Positions 10,128 through 17,771 are shown, counted from the stretch's first letter. The stretch is 24,000 bases of DNA from Syntrophomonadaceae bacterium (GCA_963665865.2 CAXXWF010000001.1:3299077-3323076); one strand, 5' to 3'. Program-made: numbers and translations. Notes: a model not told the origin generated them from the letters alone.

Positions 10128-10342
10128 TGATTAACTTAATTCAGGTAGCTTTATTGAACCTACTTGCCTGATTGCCGACTTATTGCAGCCCCTTTTATCA
10201 AAACCTCCGCTTTTGCTTTGCCCCTCTCTTTTTGCCCCCTGGTTCCATTTGCCCGGTTTTCGCAGATCCATTCGTTCCGGATTAAACTACACAAGGAGGT
10301 CATAACAGGCTTCCAAATCCAATTGAACGGAGGTGTAAACCG

Positions 10343-10567
10343 ATGGCAGTTACTGCTACTTCTGTAACCACTGATCTGATTCTGGTAATGGACAACGGAC
10401 TCGGTGCATCCGGGCAGCCCCTTAGTCAGAACCGCATTTACAAAAATGTGAAGATCAGTGCTACCAATGAAGACGTCTACGCAGTTGCCCAGTCCCTGAT
10501 CGGGCTGCAGAGTAAGACCAACAATGCCATTCAGCGCAGAAACGTGGTTGAACTCGAGTCTGTATAA
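10343..10567 (+). CDS. DUF1659 domain-containing small protein
   Basis: MAVTATSVTTDLILVMDNGLG..GQPLSQNRIYKNVKISATNEDVYAVAQSLIGLQS matches my recollection of the DUF1659 pattern. Sits next to a DUF2922 gene. Confidence 0.8.
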   Translation: MAVTATSVTTDLILVMDNGLGASGQPLSQNRIYKNVKISATNEDVYAVAQSLIGLQSKTNNAIQRRNVVELESV

Positions 10568-10609
10568 TCCAGGGTTAAGTAAACTATTCTAAGAAAGGAG
10601 GTCCTGCAG

Positions 10610-10834
10610 ATGGCAGCTGTAAGAGTCCTGGAAATGGACTTTAACACCGAGCTGGGCCGTACCCAGCGCATCCGGGTTTATGATGCCAAAGATCCGCTGA
10701 CCAGCGCCGAAGTGGCTCTTGCCATGGATGACATCATCGCCAAAAACATTTTTACCGGCACAGGCGGCAACCTAACCGGCAAGATAGAGGCCCGTCTGGT
10801 AATCACTGACAGCTCCGATATAGTCCTTGTCTAA
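10610..10834 (+). CDS. DUF2922 domain-containing small protein
   Basis: VLEMDFNTELGRTQRIRVYDAKDPLTSAEVALAMDDIIAKNIFTGTGGNLTGKIEARLVITD pattern. AAGGAGG upstream. Usual partner of DUF1659. Confidence 0.85.
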   Translation: MAAVRVLEMDFNTELGRTQRIRVYDAKDPLTSAEVALAMDDIIAKNIFTGTGGNLTGKIEARLVITDSSDIVLV

Positions 10835-10932
10835 GGTATGGGGACACACCGAAATTAAGGTTTTGGGACACACCTCTTCGGGGAATGTCCCTTGGGTAAG
10901 GAATGTCCCCGTAAAAGAACTCGGGAATCAAT

Positions 10933-10958
10933 AGGGGCGGGATCATTCCCGCCCCTAA
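10933..10958. repeat. Perfect 11-bp stem / 4-nt loop hairpin
   Basis: TAGGGGCGGGA-TCAT-TCCCGCCCCTA, immediately abutting the next hairpin. Confidence 0.8.
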
Positions 10959-10996
10959 AACGAGGCAGGGGGCGGTTCTGGTGCCTCGTTTTTTCT
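10958..10996 (+). terminator. Rho-independent terminator after the DUF2922 gene; contains the GGGGNCGGTTCT-type loop
   Basis: AAAACGAGGCA-GGGGGCGGTTCTGG-TGCCTCGTTTT followed by further T residues. Confidence 0.75.
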
Positions 10997-11049
10997 TACT
11001 AACCACCCATGGCCATAGGCCACAAGCACCCATGAAAATCAAACAGTAA

Positions 11050-11131
11050 TGTCATCCTGAACGAAGTGAAGGATCTTATCGCCAAATATGCTATTCTCCA
11101 AAGGAGATCCTTCGTTGTAATCAGGATGACA
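11050..11131. repeat. 82-bp palindromic intergenic repeat element (small MITE/REP-like)
   Basis: Ends are perfect inverted repeats TGTCATCCTGA / TCAGGATGACA, with internal complementary AAGGATCT / AGATCCTT and CGAA / TTCG. Confidence 0.7.
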
Positions 11132-11207
11132 CGAACGTCATTTTCTTATTAAAGCGTATAAAAAGCGAGGCTCCAGAACTTTACGCCATGGGTCGCTGTC
11201 GCCGTGA

Positions 11208-11804
11208 CTACTTTTCTTCTTTGTCTTCATGATCCGTAATCGCCTCTTCGATATGTTCCAGGCGTCGTTCAATACCCTTGATGGTGCGGTGCAAATAGAT
11301 GCCTGCCTCCACGAATACTTTTTCCCCCGAATCAGGGGATTTCTCACTCTGCAGCATCTCCAGCAGACGCTGTCCCATATGCTGACACTGCAGTACGGTG
11401 CTACGCTTGCTTAAAACCTCGATTTGTCGTGGTCCCGGCAAAGGCACCAGACAGCTCCGTTCTCCGTCGGCTGCCACCTCGCCCATAAAACGCACATCAA
11501 CATATCCGTAAACCATATCCTTGGGCGCCAACACTTTCCTCATTTTCAAAGGGATGAAGACCCGATCATTCCCCAGATAAAAAGGCATTACCCCGTGTCG
11601 CTTCAGCCGCGTCTCCATACTCTTGCGCTGGGCGGTCAAATCAACTGCATATATACGGGCTAGGGCCATAAGCACCGAACGCATTCCTCGTGAATCCACC
11701 CTTTCCCCCTCGCGCAGCAGGATGCGGGTTGCATTCCCCGTATCAGTATAAACAGGCTGTAAAGCAATAATCTCATCCTTTATTTTTTCCAAGTGGGCTG
11801 CCAA
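11208..11804 (-). CDS. Uncharacterised 198-aa protein (possible distant ComK-like pattern)
   Basis: Long ORF with a coiled C-terminus (GIERRLEHIEEAITDHEDKEEK). Central region RRKSMETRLKRHG..PFYLGNDRVFIPLKMR..YGYVDVRF..G, then short strands and TVLQC..MGQRLLEML. Coding nature is supported by ORF length; function unassigned. Confidence 0.6.
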   Translation of the reverse strand: MAAHLEKIKDEIIALQPVYTDTGNATRILLREGERVDSRGMRSVLMALARIYAVDLTAQRKSMETRLKRHGVMPFYLGNDRVFIPLKMRKVLAPKDMVYGYVDVRFMGEVAADGERSCLVPLPGPRQIEVLSKRSTVLQCQHMGQRLLEMLQSEKSPDSGEKVFVEAGIYLHRTIKGIERRLEHIEEAITDHEDKEEK

Positions 11805-12143
11805 TTTTGCACTCCTCCTCTTTACTGCATTCTCCTCCCCAGCAGGGATTTTTCACTTTGGCCATAAAGGTCAAAAAAAATTTCCCCATTAGCAATCTGG
11901 CAGGAAAAATGGTTAATTTCATTCACTTAAATCCACTACTTCTGCTACAAATTTGCATTTAGATGTTCTCAATATATTCCAGCAGAAATAGTTTTGTGAT
12001 GGGAGACATTACTGGCTGCTTAAGTGTTCGCTTGGTACGATTCATAGTAAATGCGGCTCTGCTATTAGGTTATCTTTCCTAAAAATGTTAAAATGACAAA
12101 TGTGAGACAGGGGAAGGTCACTTTGACAGGAGGAGATAGGTCA

Positions 12144-12548
12144 ATGCAGAAGAGATGGATCTGGTGGGTGGCGGCAATCATTTTTGGGGTGGCTTTCTAT
12201 GTCTTTACAGCCTCTCCCGTTTCCAATGCTGAGCATACCTTGCTGCTGCTTAGAAGACTAAATTTTTCTGCCCAGGAACTAAAATGGCTGAGTAAAATAG
12301 TCCGCAAGGCAGCTCATCTTTTGGCCTATGCAGTCTTGGCCATAAGCTTGAGAAATGCAATAAAACCTCACCCCTGGACCTATCCAGCGGCCTGGTTCCT
12401 GGCCACCCTCTATGGGGTTGGAGATGAAATACACCAGATCTATGTGCCCGGACGTACTCCATTGTTTAGGGATGTAATGATTGATTCCCTGGGAGCGGCC
12501 CTAGGACTGTTGATAATCTGCTGGAGACACAGGAACCGTGTACAATGA
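12144..12548 (+). CDS. VanZ-like family membrane protein (likely ATG start at 12144 rather than 12093)
   Basis: RKAAHLLAYAVLAISLRNAI...LYGVGDEIHQIYVPGRTPLFRDVMIDSLGAALGLLI matches the VanZ signature. AGGAGG about 10 nt before ATG 12144. Confidence 0.85.
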   Translation: MQKRWIWWVAAIIFGVAFYVFTASPVSNAEHTLLLLRRLNFSAQELKWLSKIVRKAAHLLAYAVLAISLRNAIKPHPWTYPAAWFLATLYGVGDEIHQIYVPGRTPLFRDVMIDSLGAALGLLIICWRHRNRVQ

Positions 12549-12588
12549 CGGTGCCTCTTATATTGCGATGTAGTAAATTGATGTGAAA

Positions 12589-12639
12589 TAACTCGGGGTC
12601 TGTGAACTGAACCTCAGTTATTAGACCCCGAGTTATTTA
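12589..12639. terminator. Shared bidirectional hairpin between convergent vanZ-like and corC-like genes
   Basis: 15-bp perfect inverted repeat AATAACTCGGGGTCT / AGACCCCGAGTTATT, with an internal hairpin AACTGA..TCAGTT. Weak T-tracts both sides. Confidence 0.65.
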
Positions 12640-13968
12640 ATCCTTTTGTTTCTTATGTACTTTGACTAGGGCGACTCGTTTCTCCTCGACTTCCTCCACT
12701 TGAAAAACCAGATCATTAAACTCAATGATCGGTTTATCCTGAGGGCCGGGTATCCAGCCCAGGTTGCCAATCAAAAACCCGCTCAGGGTTTCATATTCCT
12801 CGGTAGGCAGTTTGACCTGCAGATAATTCTCTACCGCATCTAAACTGACTGCGCCATTAATCATAAAAGTGTTTTCATCTAGCTTATCGAAATCTTTTTC
12901 TTCCTCATCATATTCATCAAAGATGTTGCCGACTATCTCTTCAATTAGATCCTCAATCGTAACCATGCCAGCCGTGCCGCCATATTCATCTATAATGATG
13001 GCTATATGAGTGTTATTTCTCTGTAATTCCCTGAACAGCTGATCCGTTCGCTTGGACTCAGCTACAAAATATGGCGGTCTGATCATCTGGTTCAGCGCAA
13101 AATTGTCCCGCTTACTATCATCAGATAAGATACCAATCAAGTCTTTAGAGTAAAGCACCCCAATGATATTGTCCAGACTGTCATGGTATACCGGGATGCG
13201 TGAATATTTCTCACTATTAACAAAGCCAATCACCGCGTTTAGATCTGCCTCAACCGGCAGAGCAGCCATATCGATTCTATGGGTCATTATTTGACCCACC
13301 GTTTTGTTGTTAAACTCAAATATATTATTAATCATTAGCTTCTCAATTTCATGAATAGCCCCTCGTTCTTCACCGATATCCACCATCATCCGAATTTCTT
13401 CTTCTGTAACCTTCTCATCCTCATCTTCGGGGTCAAACCCCAGTAACCGTATGAAAAAGTTGGTCGACAAGGTAAGCAGCTTTACAAAAGGTGCAGTTAG
13501 CGATGATAAAACATTCAGGGTTCCCACCGCCAAGAAGGCCATAGCTTCCGATTTTTTCATGGCCAGCCGCTTAGGTACCAATTCACCAAAAACCAGTGTG
13601 AAGTAGGAGAGTATGATGGTTATTAAAATCATGGAGACAGTTTTGAGCCAGGTATCGGGAACTGATATCCCGCTAAGTTTTATTAGATAAACCATCGAAT
13701 CGGCAAAATTGGCAGAGGCAAAGGCACTGGCCAGAAATCCCGCCAGGGTAATCCCAATTTGAATGGTCGCTAAGAAACGGCTCGGTTCATCCAACAAATT
13801 CTTAACTAACCTAGCCTTCTTATCGCCTTTATCAACCAGCACCCTTATCTTATTATCATTCAAGGAAATTAAGGCAACTTCAGATGCCGCAAAAAAAGCG
13901 TTCAAAATGATCAATATTACTAAAAATAAAATTGAGGTTAACATTACTTCTCCCCTATCGGCAGCCAT
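12637..13968 (-). CDS. Hemolysin family / CNNM (DUF21)-CBS-CorC_HlyC transporter-associated protein
   Basis: ILIILNAFFAASEVALISL; LVFGELVPKRLAMKKSE; CBS pair around MTHRIDMAALP..SRIPVYHDSLDNIIGVLYSKDL; EYGGTAGMVTIEDLIEEIVGNIFDEYD. Confidence 0.93.
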   Translation of the reverse strand: MAADRGEVMLTSILFLVILIILNAFFAASEVALISLNDNKIRVLVDKGDKKARLVKNLLDEPSRFLATIQIGITLAGFLASAFASANFADSMVYLIKLSGISVPDTWLKTVSMILITIILSYFTLVFGELVPKRLAMKKSEAMAFLAVGTLNVLSSLTAPFVKLLTLSTNFFIRLLGFDPEDEDEKVTEEEIRMMVDIGEERGAIHEIEKLMINNIFEFNNKTVGQIMTHRIDMAALPVEADLNAVIGFVNSEKYSRIPVYHDSLDNIIGVLYSKDLIGILSDDSKRDNFALNQMIRPPYFVAESKRTDQLFRELQRNNTHIAIIIDEYGGTAGMVTIEDLIEEIVGNIFDEYDEEEKDFDKLDENTFMINGAVSLDAVENYLQVKLPTEEYETLSGFLIGNLGWIPGPQDKPIIEFNDLVFQVEEVEEKRVALVKVHKKQKD

Positions 13969-14076
13969 CTATTGTTTATCTTAGAACACCCTGACCTACA
14001 CGTCAATAAACAGGGTACCCTGCGGCAACTGCATCAATAACTCAGGGTCTGACCCATAGTTTTTGATCCAAAGTTA

Positions 14077-14106
14077 TTTACATTGAATTAGAGAGTATAG
14101 TATAAT
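14077..14106 (+). promoter_or_regulatory. SigA-type promoter upstream of the c-di-GMP-I riboswitch
   Basis: TTTACA (14077-14082) - 18 nt - TATAAT (14101-14106). Confidence 0.6.
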
Positions 14107-14128
14107 AATGGAAAATATAATTGTATAA

Positions 14129-14225
14129 ATGGCCTTGAAGGGCAAACTTGTCGAAAGATAAGGACGCAAAACCAAAGGGTCTAAGTCGTTTTTGACGATA
14201 TGACAGCCGGGTTGCTAGAGATCAT
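14129..14225 (+). ncRNA. Cyclic di-GMP-I riboswitch aptamer (GEMM-I)
   Basis: AAGGGCAAAC-TTGTC-GAAA-GATAAG-GACGCAAAACC-AAAGGGTCTAA...GACGATATGACAGCCGGGTTGCTAG aligns by eye with the Vc2 aptamer (AGGGCAAAC..GAAA..GGGACGCAAAGCC..GGCCUAA..GGUAGC.GGGUUACC). Plausible P1 ATGGcCTT / GAGaTCAT. Confidence 0.93.
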
Positions 14226-14237
14226 GCCTTAAGTAGG

Positions 14238-14282
14238 AATCTCCTTAAAAGGTATGGTTATGAGATTTTAAGGAGGTTTTTT
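14238..14282 (+). terminator. Expression-platform intrinsic terminator; its 3' arm contains the SD of the 92-aa ORF
   Basis: CTCCTTAAAA (14241-14250) pairs perfectly with TTTTAAGGAG (14266-14275), followed by GTTTTTT. AAGGAGG is 9 nt before the GTG start at 14286. Confidence 0.85.
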
Positions 14283-14285
14283 GTT

Positions 14286-14564
14286 GTGGATTTTAGCTGT
14301 ATTGTTCCCAGAATCATAAAGGAAAGTGTAGCCGTATTCAAGGACACAAGCATAGAAGAAATTAAGAATATTCTAATCTTAAAAGAAGAATTAATAGCAG
14401 TCGGGTATAATCCCAATGAGGTCAATTACATGATTGCAACCTTTAGTAATAACGTGGATATTGCTAAGCTTAATTCTAAACAGCTTAAGAAAACTGAAGA
14501 ACGATTAAAAGAACAGCTGTCTATCGCCAGAGAATGTATAGCATTCATCCGAGACCCCCAATAG
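14286..14564 (+). CDS. Uncharacterised 92-aa protein under c-di-GMP-I riboswitch control
   Basis: GTG start with AAGGAGG 9 nt upstream, promoter-riboswitch-terminator in front and a terminator at the stop codon. No family recognised. Confidence 0.75.
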   Translation: MDFSCIVPRIIKESVAVFKDTSIEEIKNILILKEELIAVGYNPNEVNYMIATFSNNVDIAKLNSKQLKKTEERLKEQLSIARECIAFIRDPQ

Positions 14565-14577
14565 GGGCCTCATTTTT
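14551..14577 (+). terminator. Rho-independent terminator overlapping the stop codon of the 92-aa ORF
   Basis: GAGACCCC(CAATA)GGGGCCTC, one mismatch, followed by ATTTTTT. Confidence 0.7.
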
Positions 14578-14604
14578 TGCCTTCTTACGGAAAATAACCC
14601 GTTC

Positions 14605-14811
14605 TTATTTAATGATTATATTCTGAATAGATTCAGCTTTGGCCGTTCCCGTTGCGTTGTACTTGGTCAGTACAAAGCGGTATGTACCTTTAGTGCTGCC
14701 CGCAGGAAGTGTAAGATTTGCTGCTCCTCCCGAAATGCTCACCGGTTGGTTCGCCTGGCCAGAAACATTTGCATAGGAGATGCCATATTTTTGTTGGAGG
14801 GTGGATTGCAC
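14605..14811 (-). CDS. 3' part of the GLUG adhesin gene in a shifted frame (apparent frameshift)
   Basis: Translation upstream of its nominal start reads ...NPIQILGTGNVQSTLQQKYGISY..., continuous with the large ORF if one base is added in the GGGG run at 14836-14839. Confidence 0.7.
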   Translation of the reverse strand: MQSTLQQKYGISYANVSGQANQPVSISGGAANLTLPAGSTKGTYRFVLTKYNATGTAKAESIQNIIIK

Positions 14812-17771
14812 GTTCCCGGTACCCAGAATTTGAATGGGGTTATGGGAACTGACACAGCTGCAGCTGAGGCATCAAAAAACCGTGTTCCGGCAACGGCCCG
14901 GATACCGTATTCTGGAGGGGCTGCAAGTGTAATGGACGCAGTCCCTGCTGCCAGCAGATTATCGTTTCTAGGGTTCGCAGGATAAGAACTGGCGTAGGCT
15001 TTGACCTGCAAAGTGTAGGTGCCGGCTGTCAATGGAACCGCACAGCCGCTCATGTCAATACTTATGGTAGTTCCGCTGAGGACATTGGCCGTCAGAAATG
15101 TAGAGGGATAACTGCCGGTAATGACGGTGCCGTTGACTATTGTACCAATAGGCAGATTAACCGTAGATCCCGACTGCTGCAGATAAATTTCATAGAAATA
15201 GGACTTGCCATCAGTCTTGTAATCATAACCCATGGCGGTTGTTTTGGATAAAGCCGCAGTGCAGGAATCTGTTCCACTGGTAGTAGTAAGAGAATAAGCA
15301 TTCTTCCCGGCAACGGTCACCGTTGGCACCGTGCCGGTAGCAGTTCCTCCCGCAATCAGGAATTCGATATTGCTGGTCCCGGCCGCAATCCCGGCCGCTG
15401 TGCGCGAAAAGTCAAAAATGAATACATATTGTTTGGTTGAGCCTGCCGCTGCGGTCTGGCTGGGATAGTTTGTGGCAGTGGTCCCCATCTGTATGAATTG
15501 ATTCAGCATTATGCTGCCGGTCAGATCCGCAGTCAGATTCTTATAGTAATATACTCCGTCCACCAGCATGATAACTGTAGTATGGGCAGGTAGAGTTACT
15601 GCCGTGGTTCCCTGTTTGAGTCCGATAGTCTGGGTTTCAAGGGCACAGGTTGCGATGTAAGTTCCGGAATAAGAAACTGAAAATGCGCTGTCGGCAGTGA
15701 TAGCCGCCGAAGTGGCAGCTCCTTCCAAAGATGTGGGAGTATAATATTTACCTCCTGCTATTTTAGTACTTGCAAACTGCACGACCGGAGGCACAGATGT
15801 TCCAATCACGGGAGGATCACTTGAACCTCCACCGACTTGAATCCAAACGTTGTTTCCTTCAGGATTGGGGATATTCGTCCCAATGCCATTTAATAAATCC
15901 TTGATTACCGTCCAAGGTATTTCACCAACCGGCACAGCCCCATCATTGGTTAATTTGTCACCGGTTCCGGTTCCCTGCGCAGCATTGTCATAATAGTTGT
16001 TCCAGGCATTCGTTGGGGATAACGTTCCCTGATATTGACCGATAATGCCGCCTACATAATTATTATGTCCGGTTATCTCGCCGGTACTTAAATTGTTACT
16101 TATGGTTGACCCAGCTTGAGACCAATCGCCGCCGCCTGCTATGCCGCCTACAGCACTGCTCCCATGAATATCTCCAGAATTAGAGTTATTGCTTATGGTA
16201 TTATTGCTGCCGGCATATCCGACCACACCACCTATATTTTGTTGCCATCCGTCCATATTCACGCTGTTTACATTACCGGTGTTGCTGCATACTTTTACCG
16301 TACCGTCTGTATATCCAGCCACACCGCCCACGCAAGATTTCCCCGTTATATTTCCGGAAGAAGCGCAATTACTGATTTCGCTGTTGGTACCGGCGTATCC
16401 GGCCACACCACCTACATATTCTTGCCAATCTTTCACATTCTCGCTGTTTACATTCCCACTATTGGTGCAAACCGTTATCTCACCGTTCGTATATCCAGCC
16501 ACGCCGCCCACATACTGTTTTCCCGTTATAGTTCCGGAAGAAGATGAATTACTGACTTCGCTGCCCGAATAAGCATAGCCGACCACACCACCCACATAAT
16601 TCTCGCCGCCGGTTACCGTACACGTGACCTCACACCCTGTTACGGCCGCGCTAATCGTGGGCAGGACCGGTGTTTGGTTGTCGATCTTGTATATGCTTCC
16701 AACCACCCCGCCCACATAAAACTTTCCCGTTATAGTTCCGGCAACCGTGCAATTGGCCATTGTACTGTCAGCACCGGCATATCCAGCTATTCCGCCTACA
16801 TAATTCTCGGTTCCGGTTAAGGTTAAGCTTACGTCACACCCGGTTATGTTCCCTTCTGTGTATCCAGCCACACCGGCCACGTAAAATTTTCCAGTTACAA
16901 TTCCTGAAACCGTACAGTTCTCTATTTCACTGTTAGGGCCGGCATATCCCGCCATACCGCCTACATAGTTTTCAGTTACGGTTACTGTAGAACTTAGGTG
17001 ACACCCTTTTATCTTCCCGTTGGTATAGGCAGCCACACCGCCCACGTAAAATTTTCCAGTTACAATTCCTGAAACCGTGCAGTTTTCTATGTCACTGTTC
17101 GTACCGCCATATCCAGCCACACCTCCAGCATAATTCTCGACTGCGGTTACGGGTAAACTTACGCTGCAACCGGTTATGCTCCCGTCGGTGTAGCCGACTA
17201 TCCCTCCCGCATAATATCCTCCTCGCACACTGCCTGAAACACTTAAATTTTTAATCACACTTCCATTGGCAGCATATGCAAACAATCCACAGTAGGAATG
17301 ATAATTTGTTTCATTAATATACAGACCGATGATTTTTTTGCTGTTGCCATCGAAATTGCCCTGGAAGGTTTTGGTTGAGTCGCTGCCAATGCAGGTAAAC
17401 TTTCTTGGTGAAGAGGACACAAAGGTTCCGTTCGTGTTCATGTTATTAAGTAGAATGTCATCTGTAAGCTTAAAATACGTATTTTGATAGTTTAAGCCGC
17501 CGTTAACTCTTTGAGCCAAATAGGCAAGTTCCTTACCGTTGCTGATTAAATAGGGATCCGCCTGAGTTCCTGTTCCACCGGCATAGGCTGTTGACACGGA
17601 ACCATCCCATAGAGCGCTGGTGGCATCAACATACCCAGGCATTGAAAAAATAAATGGCAGCAACATTGCGCATAGCGATACGATAGCCATGCACCGCCTT
17701 AGTCTGAGGCGGCGGCGTTTTTGCCTAAGTATATTTCTGATTTTGGTTTCGAAGTTAGAAGGTTGGATCAT
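14739..17771 (-). CDS. Large secreted GLUG-motif repeat surface protein/adhesin; annotated end probably artefactual, true product may extend to 14605
   Basis: Signal peptide (MAIVSLCAMLLPFIFSMPGYVDA). Many ~25-aa GLUG-type units (ENYVGGVAGYAGTNSEISNCASSGNITGKSCVGGVAGYTDG). Start overlaps the stop of the upstream gene (ATGA). Confidence 0.9.
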   Translation of the reverse strand: MIQPSNFETKIRNILRQKRRRLRLRRCMAIVSLCAMLLPFIFSMPGYVDATSALWDGSVSTAYAGGTGTQADPYLISNGKELAYLAQRVNGGLNYQNTYFKLTDDILLNNMNTNGTFVSSSPRKFTCIGSDSTKTFQGNFDGNSKKIIGLYINETNYHSYCGLFAYAANGSVIKNLSVSGSVRGGYYAGGIVGYTDGSITGCSVSLPVTAVENYAGGVAGYGGTNSDIENCTVSGIVTGKFYVGGVAAYTNGKIKGCHLSSTVTVTENYVGGMAGYAGPNSEIENCTVSGIVTGKFYVAGVAGYTEGNITGCDVSLTLTGTENYVGGIAGYAGADSTMANCTVAGTITGKFYVGGVVGSIYKIDNQTPVLPTISAAVTGCEVTCTVTGGENYVGGVVGYAYSGSEVSNSSSSGTITGKQYVGGVAGYTNGEITVCTNSGNVNSENVKDWQEYVGGVAGYAGTNSEISNCASSGNITGKSCVGGVAGYTDGTVKVCSNTGNVNSVNMDGWQQNIGGVVGYAGSNNTISNNSNSGDIHGSSAVGGIAGGGDWSQAGSTISNNLSTGEITGHNNYVGGIIGQYQGTLSPTNAWNNYYDNAAQGTGTGDKLTNDGAVPVGEIPWTVIKDLLNGIGTNIPNPEGNNVWIQVGGGSSDPPVIGTSVPPVVQFASTKIAGGKYYTPTSLEGAATSAAITADSAFSVSYSGTYIATCALETQTIGLKQGTTAVTLPAHTTVIMLVDGVYYYKNLTADLTGSIMLNQFIQMGTTATNYPSQTAAAGSTKQYVFIFDFSRTAAGIAAGTSNIEFLIAGGTATGTVPTVTVAGKNAYSLTTTSGTDSCTAALSKTTAMGYDYKTDGKSYFYEIYLQQSGSTVNLPIGTIVNGTVITGSYPSTFLTANVLSGTTISIDMSGCAVPLTAGTYTLQVKAYASSYPANPRNDNLLAAGTASITLAAPPEYGIRAVAGTRFFDASAAAVSVPITPFKFWVPGTCNPPSNKNMASPMQMFLARRTNR
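16060..17320 (-). repeat. Intragenic GLUG-type tandem repeat region
   Basis: Repeated YVGGVAGY..G.I..C..SG.ITG units at protein level. Some neighbouring units are nearly identical at DNA level (acgtaaaattttccagttacaattcctgaaaccgt occurs twice). Confidence 0.85.

Noticed and set aside
10164-10367. 67-aa plus-strand ORF between galE and the DUF1659 gene
   Set aside because: No family resemblance, and it overlaps the SD and start of the well-supported DUF1659 gene.
10803-11042. 79-aa minus-strand ORF in the hairpin cluster
   Set aside because: Covers palindromic terminator structures. The composition (many W/P/G) reflects GC-rich repeats rather than coding sequence.
14605-14811. Interpreting the 68-aa ORF as an independent small gene
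   Set aside because: The frame continues upstream of its nominal start with adhesin-like sequence and is best explained as the frameshifted C-terminus of the GLUG protein.
16116-16572. Overlapping plus-strand ORFs of 143 and 127 aa inside the GLUG gene
   Set aside because: Antisense shadows of a repeat-rich, strongly supported coding region. Their apparent internal repetition mirrors the GLUG repeats.
16060-17320. Regularly spaced repeats that might suggest a CRISPR-like array
   Set aside because: Units are in frame, degenerate, and encode a continuous GLUG-type protein. There are no constant direct repeats with unique spacers and no cas genes.
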